From the NCBI GenBank assembly GCA_951406725.2, contig OX597828.1, forward strand, positions 71,734,001 through 71,798,000: a DNA stretch of 64,000 nt, given 5' to 3'. This document shows, one piece after another, positions 1-14,251 of this stretch. Origin of the DNA: Octopus vulgaris (lineage: Eukaryota). A program made the translations under genes and the position numbers. Position 1 is the first letter of the stretch. Every line of letters begins with the position of its first letter. Under the pieces are notes generated by a model. It ran no database searches. It was given only the letters and a program-made list of their open reading frames with translations, and was not told the origin of the DNA.

Positions 1-177
1 TAAGGGACATGCTCAACTGGTTAAGGTCAAACAACTGACAAGCAAATCTGTGGTATTGAGCAGAATATTTGCTGTAGCCCATCTTTTAGTACCAAGACAT
101 AACAATGTACATAATAACACTTCCAATCAGTTAAGATCAGAAGCCATGAGAGCCACTGCCTGGTACTGCATCAGGGC

Positions 178-268
<91 letters not shown>

Positions 269-283
269 ATTATTATTATTATC

Positions 284-1408
284 CTAACTTCTCCTAAGAT
301 ATCTATGTCACGTCTCTTCAATTCCTTTCCGCAGCTAAGAGACGCAACATTTTCCTCAACACATGCAGCGATGTTCCAAATATTGCTGCCAACTGAATAC
401 TTGCTATGAAGTTTGGCATTTGCAGCTTTTGATGTCAGAATATCACATTCTTTGCGATGCACCCAAGTACACCAATGAGTATCACGCTCGATTTTGAGGC
501 TGTGGGTTCGTTTCACTTCTAAATTTAAGTGCACCTCCTCCTCCTCCTCCTCCTCCTCCTCCTCCTCCTTCTTCTTCTTCTTCTTCTTCTTCTTCTTCTC
601 CTCCTTCTTCTTATCATCATCATTGTTGCTGTTGTTGTTTTTATTACTCTTTGAACTTGAGAATCAAGATCATTTTCGTTTTGGGCGACATGTTTGACGT
701 CATCCATATATACAACAGAATATCTTATTTCCGTCCTTGTTCTAAGCAAGTTCATAAGCAGGTTTGCATTTGCTCGGTTTTGTAAATCAAAGAAATCGAT
801 GCAATCAAGAAAAGCAACAGAGAAAGTAAGATTCCGCATTTTCCCATTTTTTTTCCCGATAATTCACTTCCTCGCTTTTAGTTCAATTTCCCGCTGTCTC
901 ATCGCGGACCCCAAAGGTTCTCAACCACTCCAAAAGCCAATAATGTAATGAATTATCAGATACCTTCTTGTAGTCTCTCCAATCCAACCAATTGCTAATT
1001 TCTTCTTTCTTAGCTGCTCATCACTTCGTATCATTCTATCGATATAAAACAAATCAACGGCTCCCTTTGATTTTCTTATGCAACCTTTTTGCTCTTCTGA
1101 TAACCGTTTCTCCTGTAAAGAAAAACGAAAGCTATATAATTCCTCTGCTATGATACCAGTGAGCAATATCTACAGCAATGCTAAGCTCGTAATAGGCCAA
1201 TAATTACTGACTTTCTCTATTTTCGTTCTTCTCTATTAACGCTTTCCTTCTTTTTGTCATCCATATTGGTGATCCATTTTCTACACAAGCGGTAAGAAGG
1301 ATTTATGTATAACTGAAGAATTATTGGAATTGTGGAATTTTTGAACCAGAAACCCTGCATATTGTCTGGTCTTGGTTCTTTCCAGTTTCATATCCTTTTA
1401 AACATGTT
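284..1408 (-). mobile_element. Degenerate R4/Dong-like RLE non-LTR retrotransposon (RT fragments plus C-terminus and 3' UTR)
   Basis: Minus-strand remnants LTGIIAEELYSF...LSEEQKGCIRKSKG (921-1166), YMDDVK..QNENDLDS (RT catalytic motif, 525-839) and a frameshifted C-terminus IGVLG...AAIFGT..VLRKML. The 3' end abuts (TAA)n on the minus strand (181-283). Confidence 0.8.
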
Positions 1409-1425
1409 CTACTGATGATGATAAC

Positions 1426-1486
<61 letters not shown>

Positions 1487-1509
1487 TAATAATAACAACA
1501 ACAACAAAC

Positions 1510-1865
1510 TATGCTGGATCATAGACATAGCATGCGCAGCTGTCAACAAGGTATGCGATAAGGTAGAAAGAAAGTTAGTGAGATATGACAGGTTAGCTTG
1601 GGAGGTTAAGCAGTTGTGGTCGATGAAAAAGGTAGCAGTAGTACCAATAATTGACTGAACCCTGGGAACAGTGAGCAAAAATCTTGAAGTACGTGGAACA
1701 AATAGGGGCTGCAATAAGGGTGGGGTACTTGTAGAAAACAGCGCTGCTTGGAACCGCTCAAATACTCCGGAAGGTGCCCGAAAAATAAGAGGTGTTTCTT
1801 TAGTTCATTGGTAGTGACCAGCTGACACCGTAGTACATTTCCAGCATTAGAAGCTGTGCAAAGTC
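1510..1865 (+). mobile_element. 5'-truncated R4/Dong-like element (RLE C-terminus plus 3' UTR)
   Basis: Translates CWIIDIAC..NKVCDK...RYDRLAWEVKQLWSMKKVAVVPII..LGTVSKNLE...TALLGTAQILRKV with stops and frameshifts. Flanked by (TAA)n/(CAA)n upstream and (TAA)n downstream. Confidence 0.85.
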
Positions 1866-1925
<60 letters not shown>

Positions 1926-1926
1926 G

Positions 1927-1997
<71 letters not shown>

Positions 1998-1998
<1 letters not shown>

Positions 1999-2146
1999 CG
2001 GCATTATTTGGGACTGCACGCATATTGCGTAAATTACTGTCTGTCTGAGTTCCTTGTTGTGACTTGACAGACAATACAGATCTCCGGTAGACACAATATC
2101 TTCAATCAACAACATGACAATAATGGATACTGTGCGACATCTTAAA
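1998..2146 (+). mobile_element. 150-bp 3' stub of an R4/Dong-like element
   Basis: SALFGTARILRKLLSV* followed by a 3' UTR hairpin, embedded in (TAA)n. The 3' UTR shares ccttgttgtgacttgacaga with the 38390-38706 copy. Confidence 0.8.
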
Positions 2147-2179
2147 TAATAATAATAATAGTAATAATAATAATAATAG

Positions 2180-2387
2180 TGGTTTCAAAATTTGCCACAA
2201 GAAAAGCCATTTTGGGGGAGGGGATAAGTCGATTACATCAACCCCAGTGTTTCACTGGTACTTAATTTATCGACCCCGAAAGGATGAAAGGCAAAGTCGA
2301 CCTCGGCAGAATTTCAACTCAGAATGTAGCTACGGGCGAAATACCGCTAAGCATTTCGTCCAGCATGCTAACGATTCTGCCAGCTCC
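2180..2387 (-). mobile_element. tRNA-derived SINE family A (variant with ...aaattttgaaacc tail)
   Basis: Shares the core ctgagttcaaattccgccgaggtcgactttgcctttcatcctttcggggtcgataaattaagtaccag with more than 15 other copies in the window. Confidence 0.85.
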
Positions 2388-2405
2388 ATAATAATAATAA
2401 TAATG

Positions 2406-2438
<33 letters not shown>

Positions 2439-2469
2439 TAATAATAATAATAATAATGTTTTCAGTCAC

Positions 2470-4155
2470 AAGACAAAGTGTTGTAGATCAGAAATATCAT
2501 AAAATGAGAAAACAATACCAATTTTAGTTGAAACTGGAAGAGAGTCGTAGCAGTAAAAGATGAAAAACATGGTTAGTTACGAGAGGAAATTGAACAAGGA
2601 ATGGCAGCAAGATCAATGAACCATCGGGAAGAAAGAAGAAGGAATGAGTGTGAAAATAAATTTTACTTCATAGAGGAATAGCATATGAAAGAAGCAGAAA
2701 GGAGCTGGCGTCAACTTTTGAATGAGATAAGGAGATTACGAGAGCTGAGAAGCAATAACTAAAAGCAGTAAGGAAAGTGGAGAGTCTAGTAGAGAAAATC
2801 AAAGTGTAGAATGTAATGGAGATGGCTTCATATGATGTGCTGCTGTGTGTGTTGCTGTGGAGTGTCTTGGAGTTAAAAGTCGAGCAGAAGAAAGGGTCAA
2901 AAGGCTTGTAGTGGAAAAGGAGATACGAGGAGCAAGTGAAGCAGCTCAATAAAAATCTTGAAGGATTCACGTTAGAAGTGAAAAAAATATCGGCGATAGA
3001 AAGACATAGGAAGAAGCTACAAAGAAAATATATGATGTCAGGCACAGAGGGTTGATGGCTGCTAAAGAAGAGATTAGACAAGAGGTTAAAGGACAGTCCG
3101 GTAAAAAGTATGGAATACCAACAAAGACTAAATCAGTAACAGCCGAACGGGCTCTTCAGAAAGAGTAAAAGAAAAATTTTTTTAAGGCTTGATGAAAATG
3201 AAATACCATCAGGAGGAATGGTGTACCAATTGTAGAAGCAGTAAGGAACTTTTGGTTCGATACCTGAAGCAAGGAGGTACAACAAGCAAAGAGCTTAAAA
3301 ACAGAAGCTTAAAAATGGAAGCTTAAAAATAGAATGAGAAATAAGTTTAGATAGACATAATTATTGCAGAAGAGAAAGTAGAACATACTTAAAAGGATAC
3401 AAAAGTGGAAAGAACCAAGACCAGACGATATCCAGGCTTTCTGGCTTGGAAATATCACAAGTATGCACTCAGGTATATATAACTCTTTCTTACTGTCGGA
3501 AAAATTTGATAACGGCCAATATCGATGAAATCAATCAGAGAGCAAACGCAGAAACGTAGGAAAGGAGAAGAAAGACGAAAGTATTAAAAATCTATAGAGT
3601 GAATAGATTTGCTAGCACAAAATGAGTATAAGAGACGGCATGACTGTGTTGGTAAAAGAATGCAATGGGGTGTTCACCGAGAGTATGAGTTCAAAGTAGC
3701 AGAAAAAGTGGTATAAAAAATGAGCCAGAGACAATGACAGACAATAATAATTAGGGGATTTTAGGGGATTTCTCCATAAAGACTGGCCAAACTGTTAATG
3801 TATGAAGACCAGATATGATTATAGGGGACAAAAATGATAGAAACAATAATCGACTCCATGATGTCATTATGATATAGTGGATGGCAAAGATATTGAAAGA
3901 ATTGGGAAATATCAGCCTGAGAAATATAGCCAGAGAGATGAAGAAATTGGGGCTGTTTGAGACCACAATTATTCTTGCGGTAATTAGTGGACTTGACACA
4001 ACACTAAAAACTGTAACCTAAGCGGCTGAAGGGTATTGGAATCGAAATCGAAACGTTGCATCTTGTATTCTGCATGGAAGATTCTAGAGGCTTTGAAAGA
4101 CTTGTCACCAAACCTGAAGACATCCCAGCAATCAGATGTAGCATATAATAGATTT
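2470..4155 (+). mobile_element. Highly degenerate, internally deleted R4/Dong-like element
   Basis: Remnants KRIQKWKEPRPDDIQAFWLGNITSMH (about 3390-3470), LLAQNEYKRRHDCVGK (RHD motif, about 3610-3660), a PD motif (about 3810) and ILYSAWKILEAL (about 4060-4095). Flanked by TAA/CAA tracts. Confidence 0.7.
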
Positions 4156-4188
4156 AATGATGATAATGATAATAATAATAATGATGAT

Positions 4189-4277
<89 letters not shown>

Positions 4278-4405
4278 CCTTTTCTTTTACTATTGTTTTC
4301 AGGGTTCTTTCCTATAATAAAAACGTCAAATATAATGGTTACAAAGTGGGTGTGGATTGACAAAGAAACTCATATTAAAATTGAGGAGGGTGATAAAGAC
4401 ATTAT

Positions 4406-4481
<76 letters not shown>

Positions 4482-4693
4482 ATACTCTTTTACTTGTTTC
4501 AGTCATTTGACTGCGGCCATGCTGGAGCACCGCCTTTAATCGAGCAACTCGACCCCGGGACTTATTCTTTTGTAAGCCCAGTACTTATTCTATCGGTCTA
4601 TTTTGCCGAACCGCTAAGTGACGGGGACATAAAGACACCAGCATCGGTTGTCAAGGAATGCTAGGGGGACAAACACAGACATACAAACATACA

Positions 4694-4753
<60 letters not shown>

Positions 4754-4902
4754 TACGACGGGCTTCTTTCAGTTTCCGTCTACCAAATCCACTCACAAGG
4801 CTTTGGTCGGCCCGATGCTATAGTAGAAGACACTTGCCCATGGTGCCACGCAGTGGGACTGAACTCGGAACCATGTGGTTGGTAAACAAGCTACTTACCA
4901 CA
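4482..4902 (-). mobile_element. tRNA-derived SINE family B with internal TA/CA microsatellite
   Basis: Head ggtaagtagcttg..ccacatggttccg.gttcagtcccactgcgtggcacc.tgggcaagtgtctt, internal (TA)n, tail ggcggtgctccagcatggccgcagtcaaatgactgaaacaagtaaaaga. Many copies in the window. Confidence 0.9.
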
Positions 4903-5270
4903 AAGCTAAATCCACCTTAAAACGTGTGAGTGAAAGTCCTCCAGCTAAGTTGGGTGTGAACATCCGACGAGTTTACTCGTCTGTTCGGTTCTGGGTTACG
5001 GGATAAGTAGGGGCTGGGGGCTCTAGCTAGATCTACCGGTTGATAGTTGTTATGGTTTTCATCAAAAGCTTTCGATCCAGATTCCTTTAAAAGATGTGGG
5101 TGGGTGGGTGGGGGGTAGGCGTATAGGGATCCTTTAGAAGAGGGAGAGAAAGGGGGAGGGGAGAGAAGTATATGGTGTTCAAAACTAGGGAGATAAAGAG
5201 GAATGGAGAGGACGCATAGAGGTTTCCTAAAAGAAGGATATAAAGATGGAGAAGATATGCAGGAAAAGTG

Positions 5271-5307
<37 letters not shown>

Positions 5308-5435
5308 AAAAATTTTTAACATCTTTCTCGTAAAATCTATCAGAATCTGGATTGAAAAGGAATATCGATTTCTTCAAATCGCCGCTCGATTCTTTTTATG
5401 CGTTTCTAAACACACGTATACATGCACATTTTCAT

Positions 5436-5471
<36 letters not shown>

Positions 5472-6241
5472 TATTGCTGTCCATCCTATCCAATGCTGAC
5501 CACCTCTTTAATTTGTGGATCTTTTGATAATTATATTTTCTTGCCTTTAATATACAGTCAGATTTTATACATTTTAACACACACAAATACACACACGATT
5601 TTCAACAGATATGGTCATACACACATACGCACACAGACACCATGTATATACACTCACGATGTATACATACATGCAGACACACTGACACACTATATACGCA
5701 TACAGATCACTATACACTAAACGCTATATACACATACGGGCACACTGACACACACACACGTTTACTATACACTTATACAGATACACTGATACACTTACAC
5801 ACACACACACGTTCACACAATTACATACATAATAGCGCAAACATTTTTACTGGCTCAAATAACTACACACACTAACATCCATACACACAACTACACACAC
5901 ACACGATCGCGCAATGACACAAGCATAGCAACATGCATACGCTCACAGATACACACACACAGACACACACACACACACACACACACACAAATACATTGAA
6001 ACATAGACACACAGACAGATGCCTTGCCTTGTCTTGTAAGGTCGCCGCCATGACATTTCTTGAGCTTTCTTAGACTTATCCCATCGCTCTCTCTATCAGA
6101 CGACAGCAGAGAAAAAAAGAGGAAGAAAAACAGGATGAAGGGGAGACCACGGCACGATTTGAACTCACAACGCATAGAACTGGAACGAATGCCAGAAGCC
6201 AATCTACCAGACTCGCTAACGATTCTGCGAATTTACCACTA

Positions 6242-6519
6242 CAGTAATCCCTCGCCGCATCGTGGTCCACCTATCGCGGTCCACCTATCGCGGTTCACCT
6301 ATCGCGGTTCATCTATCGCGGTTCACCTATCGTGGTTTCTTATTTAAGCTTACGTCGATTCCTCCGTGGTATTGTTTTGCATTCATAATAAAATAAATAT
6401 ATACAAATTATAAAAATAATAAAAAATATATATAGTACAGTACTGTTTCTACTTTGCGGATTTTCACTTATCTTGGGGTGATTCGGAACGTAACACCCGC
6501 GATAGTTGAGGAATTACTG
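6242..6519. mobile_element. pogo/Tigger-like MITE with internal 14-bp tandem repeat
   Basis: Imperfect TIRs cagtaatccctcg...atcg and ccgcgatagttgaggaattactg, TA at the left end, about 5 copies of cacctatcgcggtt at 6268-6338. Confidence 0.7.
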
Positions 6520-7020
6520 TTTACTAAAACGCATACATACACGTATATATTTCTTTTTTTCTAAGATGGCGTCTATTTTGCGTTTGCAATTTCTGCTATG
6601 GCTTTTTTATTCTTTTCACCATTTTCGCACCTTCCTTTAACCCACAAACCCAACAATTTATTTAGATTTCTATAGAGGCGTATCTTCTTTTATATTTTTT
6701 TCTGTGAAAATAATAAAATAAACGTTATTAACGTTATATCCATCGAAGCATATGTCACACCTGTATTATTTGAGATACTTTATGTAACCTTAAAAACTAA
6801 TTTTCGTTGCTAGTGATTTCTCGGCTTTGATCTAATATATGAAGCTGAATACATTTCCATAGATCAAAGTGTTATGAATTTTTGTATTATACAATTTATA
6901 GCATTTAATTTACTAACAAATATTTATTTTTCTATTTCTTATATATTTACATCACTATCTTTAAATGTGTGAACTTTGGATTAAATACATACATACATAC
7001 ATACATGTATGTATGTAGCA

Positions 7021-7057
<37 letters not shown>

Positions 7058-7664
7058 CGTGCGTCCGTACGTACGTACATATATGCATATACACATACAT
7101 ACATACATACATACATACATACATACATACATACATACATACATACATGTATGTATGTACACACTCAGATATACATTAACGAAGAAATCTGAAATGAGCG
7201 CTGTAATATGTAAGCTTGAGTTGAGGTGATGAGTAAAGTTTGCGATTCGAGTTCGATTTCTGTTGGAACTATTTTACTTTACGTCCTTAACGAATCTTTA
7301 GAACAGCATGAAGGCCTCCACATACAGTGATCCTTTTCTGCTTAATTCTATTCGATCATGAAACTGTGCTAGCTCTGTACTATAGCATATCGTATCAGAT
7401 GTGTGTGTGTGTGTATGTGTGTGTGTGTGTGAGTGTGAGTGTGAGTGTGTGTGTGTGTGTGTGGTGTTAATAGGGCTAACACAACACGTATGAAGGTGGT
7501 GGGGATGGTGTAGTCGATTAAGCTGGTTCCAGTACTTGGTTGGTCCTTTATTTTAATGGCCAGTGGAAGAATAAAAAAGTAAAGTCGTCAGCCCCGCTGC
7601 CCGCAAGTTTAGGACTTAGAATCGAAGACAGAACTAAATACCACAGGAGGGTTTATCCGGCAGA

Positions 7665-7900
7665 GAAGGGATGTTATAACGAGAACTAAAGGAATATAAT
7701 GCTATGTACCAGTATTTTAATGGTATAATGTAAGTTTTCTAAACTCCGAAAGGAATTTTAAAGGCGGGAACCCTGGCTGTGCCGTGGAAGATTACAGATG
7801 AAAGTTGAATCACAGAAACATAGTTAATTTGTAGAATCTTCCCAGGAATAAGAGATTTGAGTGTTTGGGATGGTGTTGTGATAGTGTGGTGTGTAAGACG
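7665..7900 (-). repeat. Unclassified interspersed repeat, copy 1 (homolog at 20447-20687)
   Basis: About 235 bp aligning in inverted orientation with 20447-20687 (e.g. gaagattacagatgaaagttgaatcac and ttttaaaggcgg). Confidence 0.75.
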
Positions 7901-8274
7901 GTGGGGTGTTGGATAGAGTGAGGAGGAGAACAAACCGGTGCAAGAGGGCGTGTGTGTTGTGTGGAGCAACAAGTGCTTGACTTATCTTGGATAATGTTGG
8001 CCTTTCCTCTCAGCTGATCTTTCCTCTCAACATACTACTCATTTTTTTTTACCTTCACTGGCGGTGGCGAGGAGGAGAAATTATACTCCAATGCTTGCCA
8101 AATAGGCGGTAGCATTTCCTGGAATTGGAGCTGTTTTTATCTGGATACAAAGCAAAAGGATACGGCCAGGCTGGGAGCGGTAGATGTGTCTTTTAATTAC
8201 TCTAATTTTCTACAAATATTTTCAGTGTTTATTTCGCGTTCCGCCCATCCGGTAATATTTCTAGTGGAAATAAG

Positions 8275-8485
8275 ACGGCGCGCTGGAAGAACCGTTGGCA
8301 CGCCGGAAAAATACTTAGCGGCATTTCGTCCGTCTTTACGTTCTGAGTTCAAATCCCGCCGAGGCTGACTTTACCTTTCATCCTCTCGGGGGTCGATGAA
8401 ATAAGTCCGAGTTGAGCCCTGGGGTCGATGTAATCGACTTCCACCCTCAAAACTGCCAGCATTGTGCCAAAATTTGGAACTAGTA
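8275..8485 (+). mobile_element. SINE family A
   Basis: Family A core and tail. Confidence 0.85.
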
Positions 8486-9339
8486 TCAGTTCGGGATACG
8501 TAGTAGTTTGGACATTTCAAATTATGTTGACAAAATGACTTAAATACGTGCAGTCTTTTAATGATGGCCAACCAGTCGGCTGCCATATTTTTAGTGTGTT
8601 TAAAGTTGAATTGTAAAAAAGAGGCTTTTGTAAGAGATAAGGGGCGATAATTCGAAAAGTTTGAGAAACTCTTAAATAGTTCGTTATATCCATTCTTAAA
8701 TGTCATAAACTCTTTGAACTCGTACAACTGACTCTGTTATGTACAGTTATTTCTACGTGGACAACGTCGCTTCTCAAATCACGTACTATAATTGCAATCA
8801 CAGCCTCATCAGCCATCCTGTACTTTATAAAAATTCATTTGCATGCCCTCTGAGGGTGTCATGCTCTTCCACAAATGTACATCGAGCAATTACTGCATCC
8901 TTGGATGGCACTGAAAGCAATTATGCATATACTAAGTGCAAACACTTTCTAAGCACGTTTCTTTTAACATTTCCATTCCCTCAGGTCAAAGAAAAGGAAA
9001 CATTGTACGTCTTTATTTCAATTCGTTTGAAAAGAGGCAGCCCAGGGACTTTTATGGCCTTCACTAACATGGAACATCGTCGCTGGGTTCGAAAGGATAT
9101 TTTAACGAACACGAAACTGTAGAACAAAGCAAAACAACATACATCTCTTAAATGGCTATCAGCAGTAATGTTCGCAGGTGGCGACCGAATGGGGATTTGT
9201 CTTAGAAAATTACCAAATCACTAAACGCCCGAATATCACAATTCTCAAACTTCGGCTAAAAAAAAATTGACATTAGTTACCACTAACCCTCGGAGGAAAC
9301 AACCCTGAGTTGTCTCCAGCTGCAACACATTGCAATACT

Positions 9340-9955
9340 GTACTGGTCCTCCGTCGGTTACAACGATGAGTGTCCTAGTTTATCCGATCAATGGAACAGC
9401 CTGCACGTGAAATTAAAGTGCAAGTGGCTGAGTGCTTCACAGACACGCGTACTCTTAATGTAGTTCTCAGGGAGATTGAGTGTGAGATAATGTGACATGG
9501 TTGACCCCTTTTGAATTACAGGTACACCTCACCTTTGCCAGCTGAGTGGACTGGAGCAACGTGAAATAAAGCGTTTGCTCAAGGACAAAACCATCGCTAG
9601 GAATGGAACTCACGACCTTACGATCATGAACTGAATTCCCTAACCCCTGATCCGCACACTTTCACAAGAAGTAACCCGTCAGTTACGATGACCACGGTTC
9701 TAGCTGATCCGATCAACGGAGAAGCCTGCTTCGGAAATTAATTTGCAAGTGGCTGAACACTCCGCAGACACGCGTACGCTCAATGCAATTCTCAGGGAGA
9801 TTCAGCGTGACACAATGTGACATGGCTGAATTACAGGCACAGCTCATTTTGCCAGCCTAGTGGACTGGTGCAGCATGAAATAAAGTGTCTTGCTCAAGGA
9901 CACGACGCGCTGCCAGAGATCCTGAGTCGAGTTCCCTAACCAGTAAGCCATGCAT
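9340..9955 (-). mobile_element. Two tandem copies of tRNA-derived SINE family C (9340-9660 and 9675-9955)
   Basis: tRNA-like head, tccttgagcaagacactttatttcacgttgctccagtccactcagctggcaaa core and a tail ending cgt..taaccgacggag. Further copies at 22565, 30997 and 59360. Confidence 0.85.
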
Positions 9956-10361
9956 CTTTACATTTCTGTACAAGAGTTACCGTTGTGCAAGCCCGATCAA
10001 GTGATCACCGTTAACACATAAGAACCGACGTTACAAGTGAACTTTCGTATATATTGCTTTCCCCGGTCATCGACATCTACAAAGCCGTCTGAAAGATTAC
10101 AACTACACTGCTCATGGCATGCGTTTGTGCCTGTGTGAAACTCCGACTAACAACGGAGTATACTCTTCCTTAGCTTCCAGTTAAAAGATATCACAGATTT
10201 CTTCAGTCTACTGTTCCTTGCTTGCTAAAACATGGCTTGGCTCTGTCAAAGATGTTTCTTGTTACTTCGGGACTTTCCAGAACACTTGAAAAAAAGATGT
10301 GGAGTTCTCTCTCGCTTCACATATACAGAATACTTTTGCCTTCCATTTGTACATACCAAAA

Positions 10362-10413
<52 letters not shown>

Positions 10414-10420
<7 letters not shown>

Positions 10421-10684
10421 TTATAATAAAGAATGGAGCTGAACGAAGATTTAACAAAATTCCTTTATTTTATTTTCGACATATGTTTCGAAGTCTGCAA
10501 AATTCCTAATTCCGAATGAATAAGGAGTCCATTATGCAGCTTTCTCTTCAGGAAAATCCAGGAACTTCTTTCGTCAACAAAATGCACAAGTTTTTCGATG
10601 ACTTTTTCGAAACATATGTCGAAAATAAAATAAAGGAATTTTGTTAAATCTTCGTTCAGCTCCATTCTTTATTATAAAAAATTA
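10414..10684. mobile_element. Penelope-like pseudo-LTR fold-back module (79-bp inverted arms)
   Basis: 10414-10492 is the reverse complement of 10606-10684. It starts at the end of a (TA)n tract and contains a hammerhead motif. Confidence 0.75.
10472..10557 (-). ncRNA. Minimal type I hammerhead ribozyme motif
   Basis: Minus strand reads attttc-CTGAAGA-gaa..ctgca[loop]tgcag..ttc-GAAA-catatg-TC^gaaaat. Core intact, 6-bp stem I, palindromic helix III (ACATATGT). Confidence 0.8.
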
Positions 10685-10822
10685 AACTTCAAATTTCCAC
10701 ACTAAGGCACGGAGTTTATGCCCTATGGTCGTAACTTCAACCGTGCTCTTTCTGTTGTGAGTTTGCTACCCAGGTATCGGTTATCTTTCGAATTATCCGT
10801 AATAAAATAATTCATTTGTCTA

Positions 10823-10923
<101 letters not shown>

Positions 10924-11675
10924 ATATGTATATGTGTGTGTGCGTGTGCGTTTATAAGTACAAGTGAATGTGTATATATGTACATATATTACGGCATGCC
11001 ATTTCTGATAGATGGAAAGTACCTAATGAGAAAGAACACCGAATAATTATGTAACGCCTTAAAGTTACGTAATATGTGTCAGGTGCACCACTTGAAACAC
11101 ATGTAGTGAATAACTACCTCTGCCTTACCTTTCATTCATAGACTTAATTAACGCAAAGTAAGCAACTTTTGCATAGTAACAGTTATCGGAATTTCTGCCA
11201 AATTTCGATATGGGACGAAGTGTATTGGTTGCATTGATTGGTAAAATTTATTGATTGATTATCGTCTCGTATTGCGTTATTTATACAAGCCATGTCTATG
11301 CTAGAAGATAACCAACCGTTTTTACAACGATTTAGATCTCGCTACTTTTATCTATCTTTCTGTCTGTCTGTCTAAATACATACGTATAGATGTATATGCC
11401 TGTATATATATATATATATATACAAACAGACATATACATATATAAGTACATCAGATACAAAGTGTGGAATAAACAACATATTAATGGTTGAGGCGAATGA
11501 GGTTGTAATTGTAGCGTGTAGAATGTGAAGCAAGAAAAGGGTGAGTTGCATATTGTAATAAGGGAATTTGGAGTGTTTCGTTATAAATAGTGTGTCGAAA
11601 ATGTGTAACTGAGATAGCGTAGATATGTGGCAGCGACACACCCTGGCAATATATATTATATATATCATATATATA

Positions 11676-11712
<37 letters not shown>

Positions 11713-13182
11713 CATTATACACACACACACACATACATACATTTACATATACCCACATATACGCACGTATATATGTTTATATATATAGAGATATATAACA
11801 ATTTATGTTATGTTTATGTGTTTTATACACGTGTAGTTGTGTGTCTGTTTGTCAAAGTGTTCGCGCGTGTGTGCATGTGTGTTTGTGAGAGAGAGAGAGA
11901 GTATGTGTGTGTGTGTGTCTTATGTAAACATTGTTAAGTTGTGTTCCACTGATAAAGCTAATCTGAAGTATTAATCAGAAGTGACCTCGTGACGCTTGCG
12001 ATAAGAAGATTACTACGCGAGGGTCGCATTACAAAGGACTTTTTACACGGCCACCATTACAGAGCACAAAACCAAGTAAACAACAGATTCCACATTCTAA
12101 AGCTGTGATAAACGGGCGGGGAAAGACAGGGTATCACTCATAAAATATAAATATTATACAAAGATAATGACAGCCTTTCTTTCTATAGTGATGCTAGCTT
12201 TTTGACTCCAAACACTGAAAACGATAAATTTCCCATACAACATACAACTATATTATCCTAGTTTTTCCTTTTTTGACTATAAAGCCGTTCAGTGTTCAAT
12301 CACTAAAATCTTATCTTTATGCCATCTAAGGTCTGGCGGTAATTTTGATGTTATGAATCACTGATATGACCTAATAAGACCGGAACACGCATAGAGTTAT
12401 CCCTATAGCTGTAAAGATCAGATTTCCCCTCTTTCACTGCAGCCTCTTATCATATGCGCCCTATTTTTTTTTTACCGAAGTCAAATTTAAAATTTTGGTT
12501 ATGTAGTATATCCGGACGAAATACTATCACACGTAAAATATGTTTAAGGAACGAGACGCTGTCCCTAGGACAGCCTATTTATTTAATTTAAAATAATATG
12601 ACCCAATGAGGACAATTAGGATTTCAAGATGCAAATTCACCCCTTATAGAACAACTTATTTTTTTCCATGATCACTCTATATTTATTCTAACTATCATCC
12701 TAACATTAGTTATATATATTACAATTTTATTAATAACAAATAAATTTTCTTCATTAATAATTACAGAAAGTCAAAACATTGAAACAATCTGAACAATCAT
12801 CCCCAGAATCATGAAAATCAAATCCTTTTGATAAAAAACTGGTCAAAGCTGCAGACAGAATATTTACAACTTGATGATTATGATAATGATGAAGATGAGG
12901 ATGAGGATGATAATGTAGTAGTAATGGTGGTGGTAGTTGTAGTAGTTGTAGCAGGAGTAGTAGTAGGGCAGGCAACAAGACACGTTTCAGGCCTCGGTTG
13001 GTCAACTGACAATTGGTCGGTATATGTCTGTGCTGGTCTGAGCATTGGTGACGACGTCGAAAAATGTGGCTACGTGTCCCATGGGCAGCCTTCACATTTT
13101 CCTATCAGAACTTTTAAAACAAACTGTCACGCGTCATCATTTATAGCTTTATCTGCTTCGAGGTTCACTGTTCCTAAAAATT

Positions 13183-13298
<116 letters not shown>

Positions 13299-13309
13299 AC
13301 ACACACCAA

Positions 13310-13645
13310 AGGCAATTGGCTCAGTGGTTTGAGCGTTGGGCTCACAATCACGAGGTAGTGAGTTCAATCCTGGACCGAGTTCGATTCCTGGTCTGGACTG
13401 TGTGTTCTGTTCTTGAGCAAACCACTTTATTTCACGTTACTACAGTTCACTCGGCTGTAGAAATGAGTTATGACGTCACTGGTGCCAAGCTGTATCGGTC
13501 CCTTTGCCTTTCCCTTGGATAGCATCAGTAGTATCGAGAGGGGGTCTGGTAGGCATGGGCGACTGCTGGTCTTTGTCTGGACTTGTGCCTTGGAGGGGAA
13601 CTTTCTAGGGGCAATTCCATGGCCATTCATGATCGAAGGGGGCCA
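13310..13645 (+). mobile_element. tRNA-derived SINE family D
   Basis: A-box tggctcagtgg, B-box gagttcaatcc, core shared with family C and a distinct 3' half. Second copy at 53648-53977. Confidence 0.85.
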
Positions 13646-13813
13646 TGCTGGAGCACCGCTTTTAGTCGAACATATCGATCCCATGACTTATTCTTTGTAA
13701 TCCTAGTACTTATTCTATCGGTCTCTGTTGCTGAACAGCTAAGTTGCGGGGACGTAAATACATCAACATCGGTTGTCAAGTGAGGGGAGAAATACAGACA
13801 CACACACAGACAT

Positions 13814-13881
<68 letters not shown>

Positions 13882-14040
13882 GACAGGCTTCTTTCAGTTT
13901 CCGTCTTCCAAATGCATTCAGAAGACTTTGGTCGGCCCGAGGCTATAGTAGAAGACTCTTGCCCAAGGAGCCATGCAATGGGACCGAACCCAGGACCATG
14001 TGGTTGGGAAGCACGCTACTTACCACACAGCCACCCCTGC
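13642..14040 (-). mobile_element. SINE family B (tail clipped at the junction with family D)
   Basis: Family B head, internal (TA)n and 3' half. Confidence 0.85.
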
Positions 14041-14058
14041 TAACGTCATTACATATCT

Positions 14059-14251
14059 AGACTGGATTTACCTGTCAATACTAATAATTAAAGGTATACC
14101 ATAGACCCCCTCATATTTCCCTTCCTCGCAGACCAGCCTTACCTGTCCAGTGTAATGATTAAAGGTACATATAGTCTGCGTCCCTCATATTTTCCCACCC
14201 CCAGATCAATTTTACCTGTCTGTTGTTAATATAATTAAAGGTATATCTTAG
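14059..14251. repeat. Degenerate ~71-bp tandem repeat, about 2.7 units
   Basis: Recurring aga....ttacctgtc...taat.attaaaggtat/c...tag..ccctcatattt. Confidence 0.7.

Noticed and set aside
1-180. Sequence ending in a (TTA)n tract, possibly a retroelement 3' end
   Set aside because: Truncated by the window edge with no second copy or coding motif to classify it.
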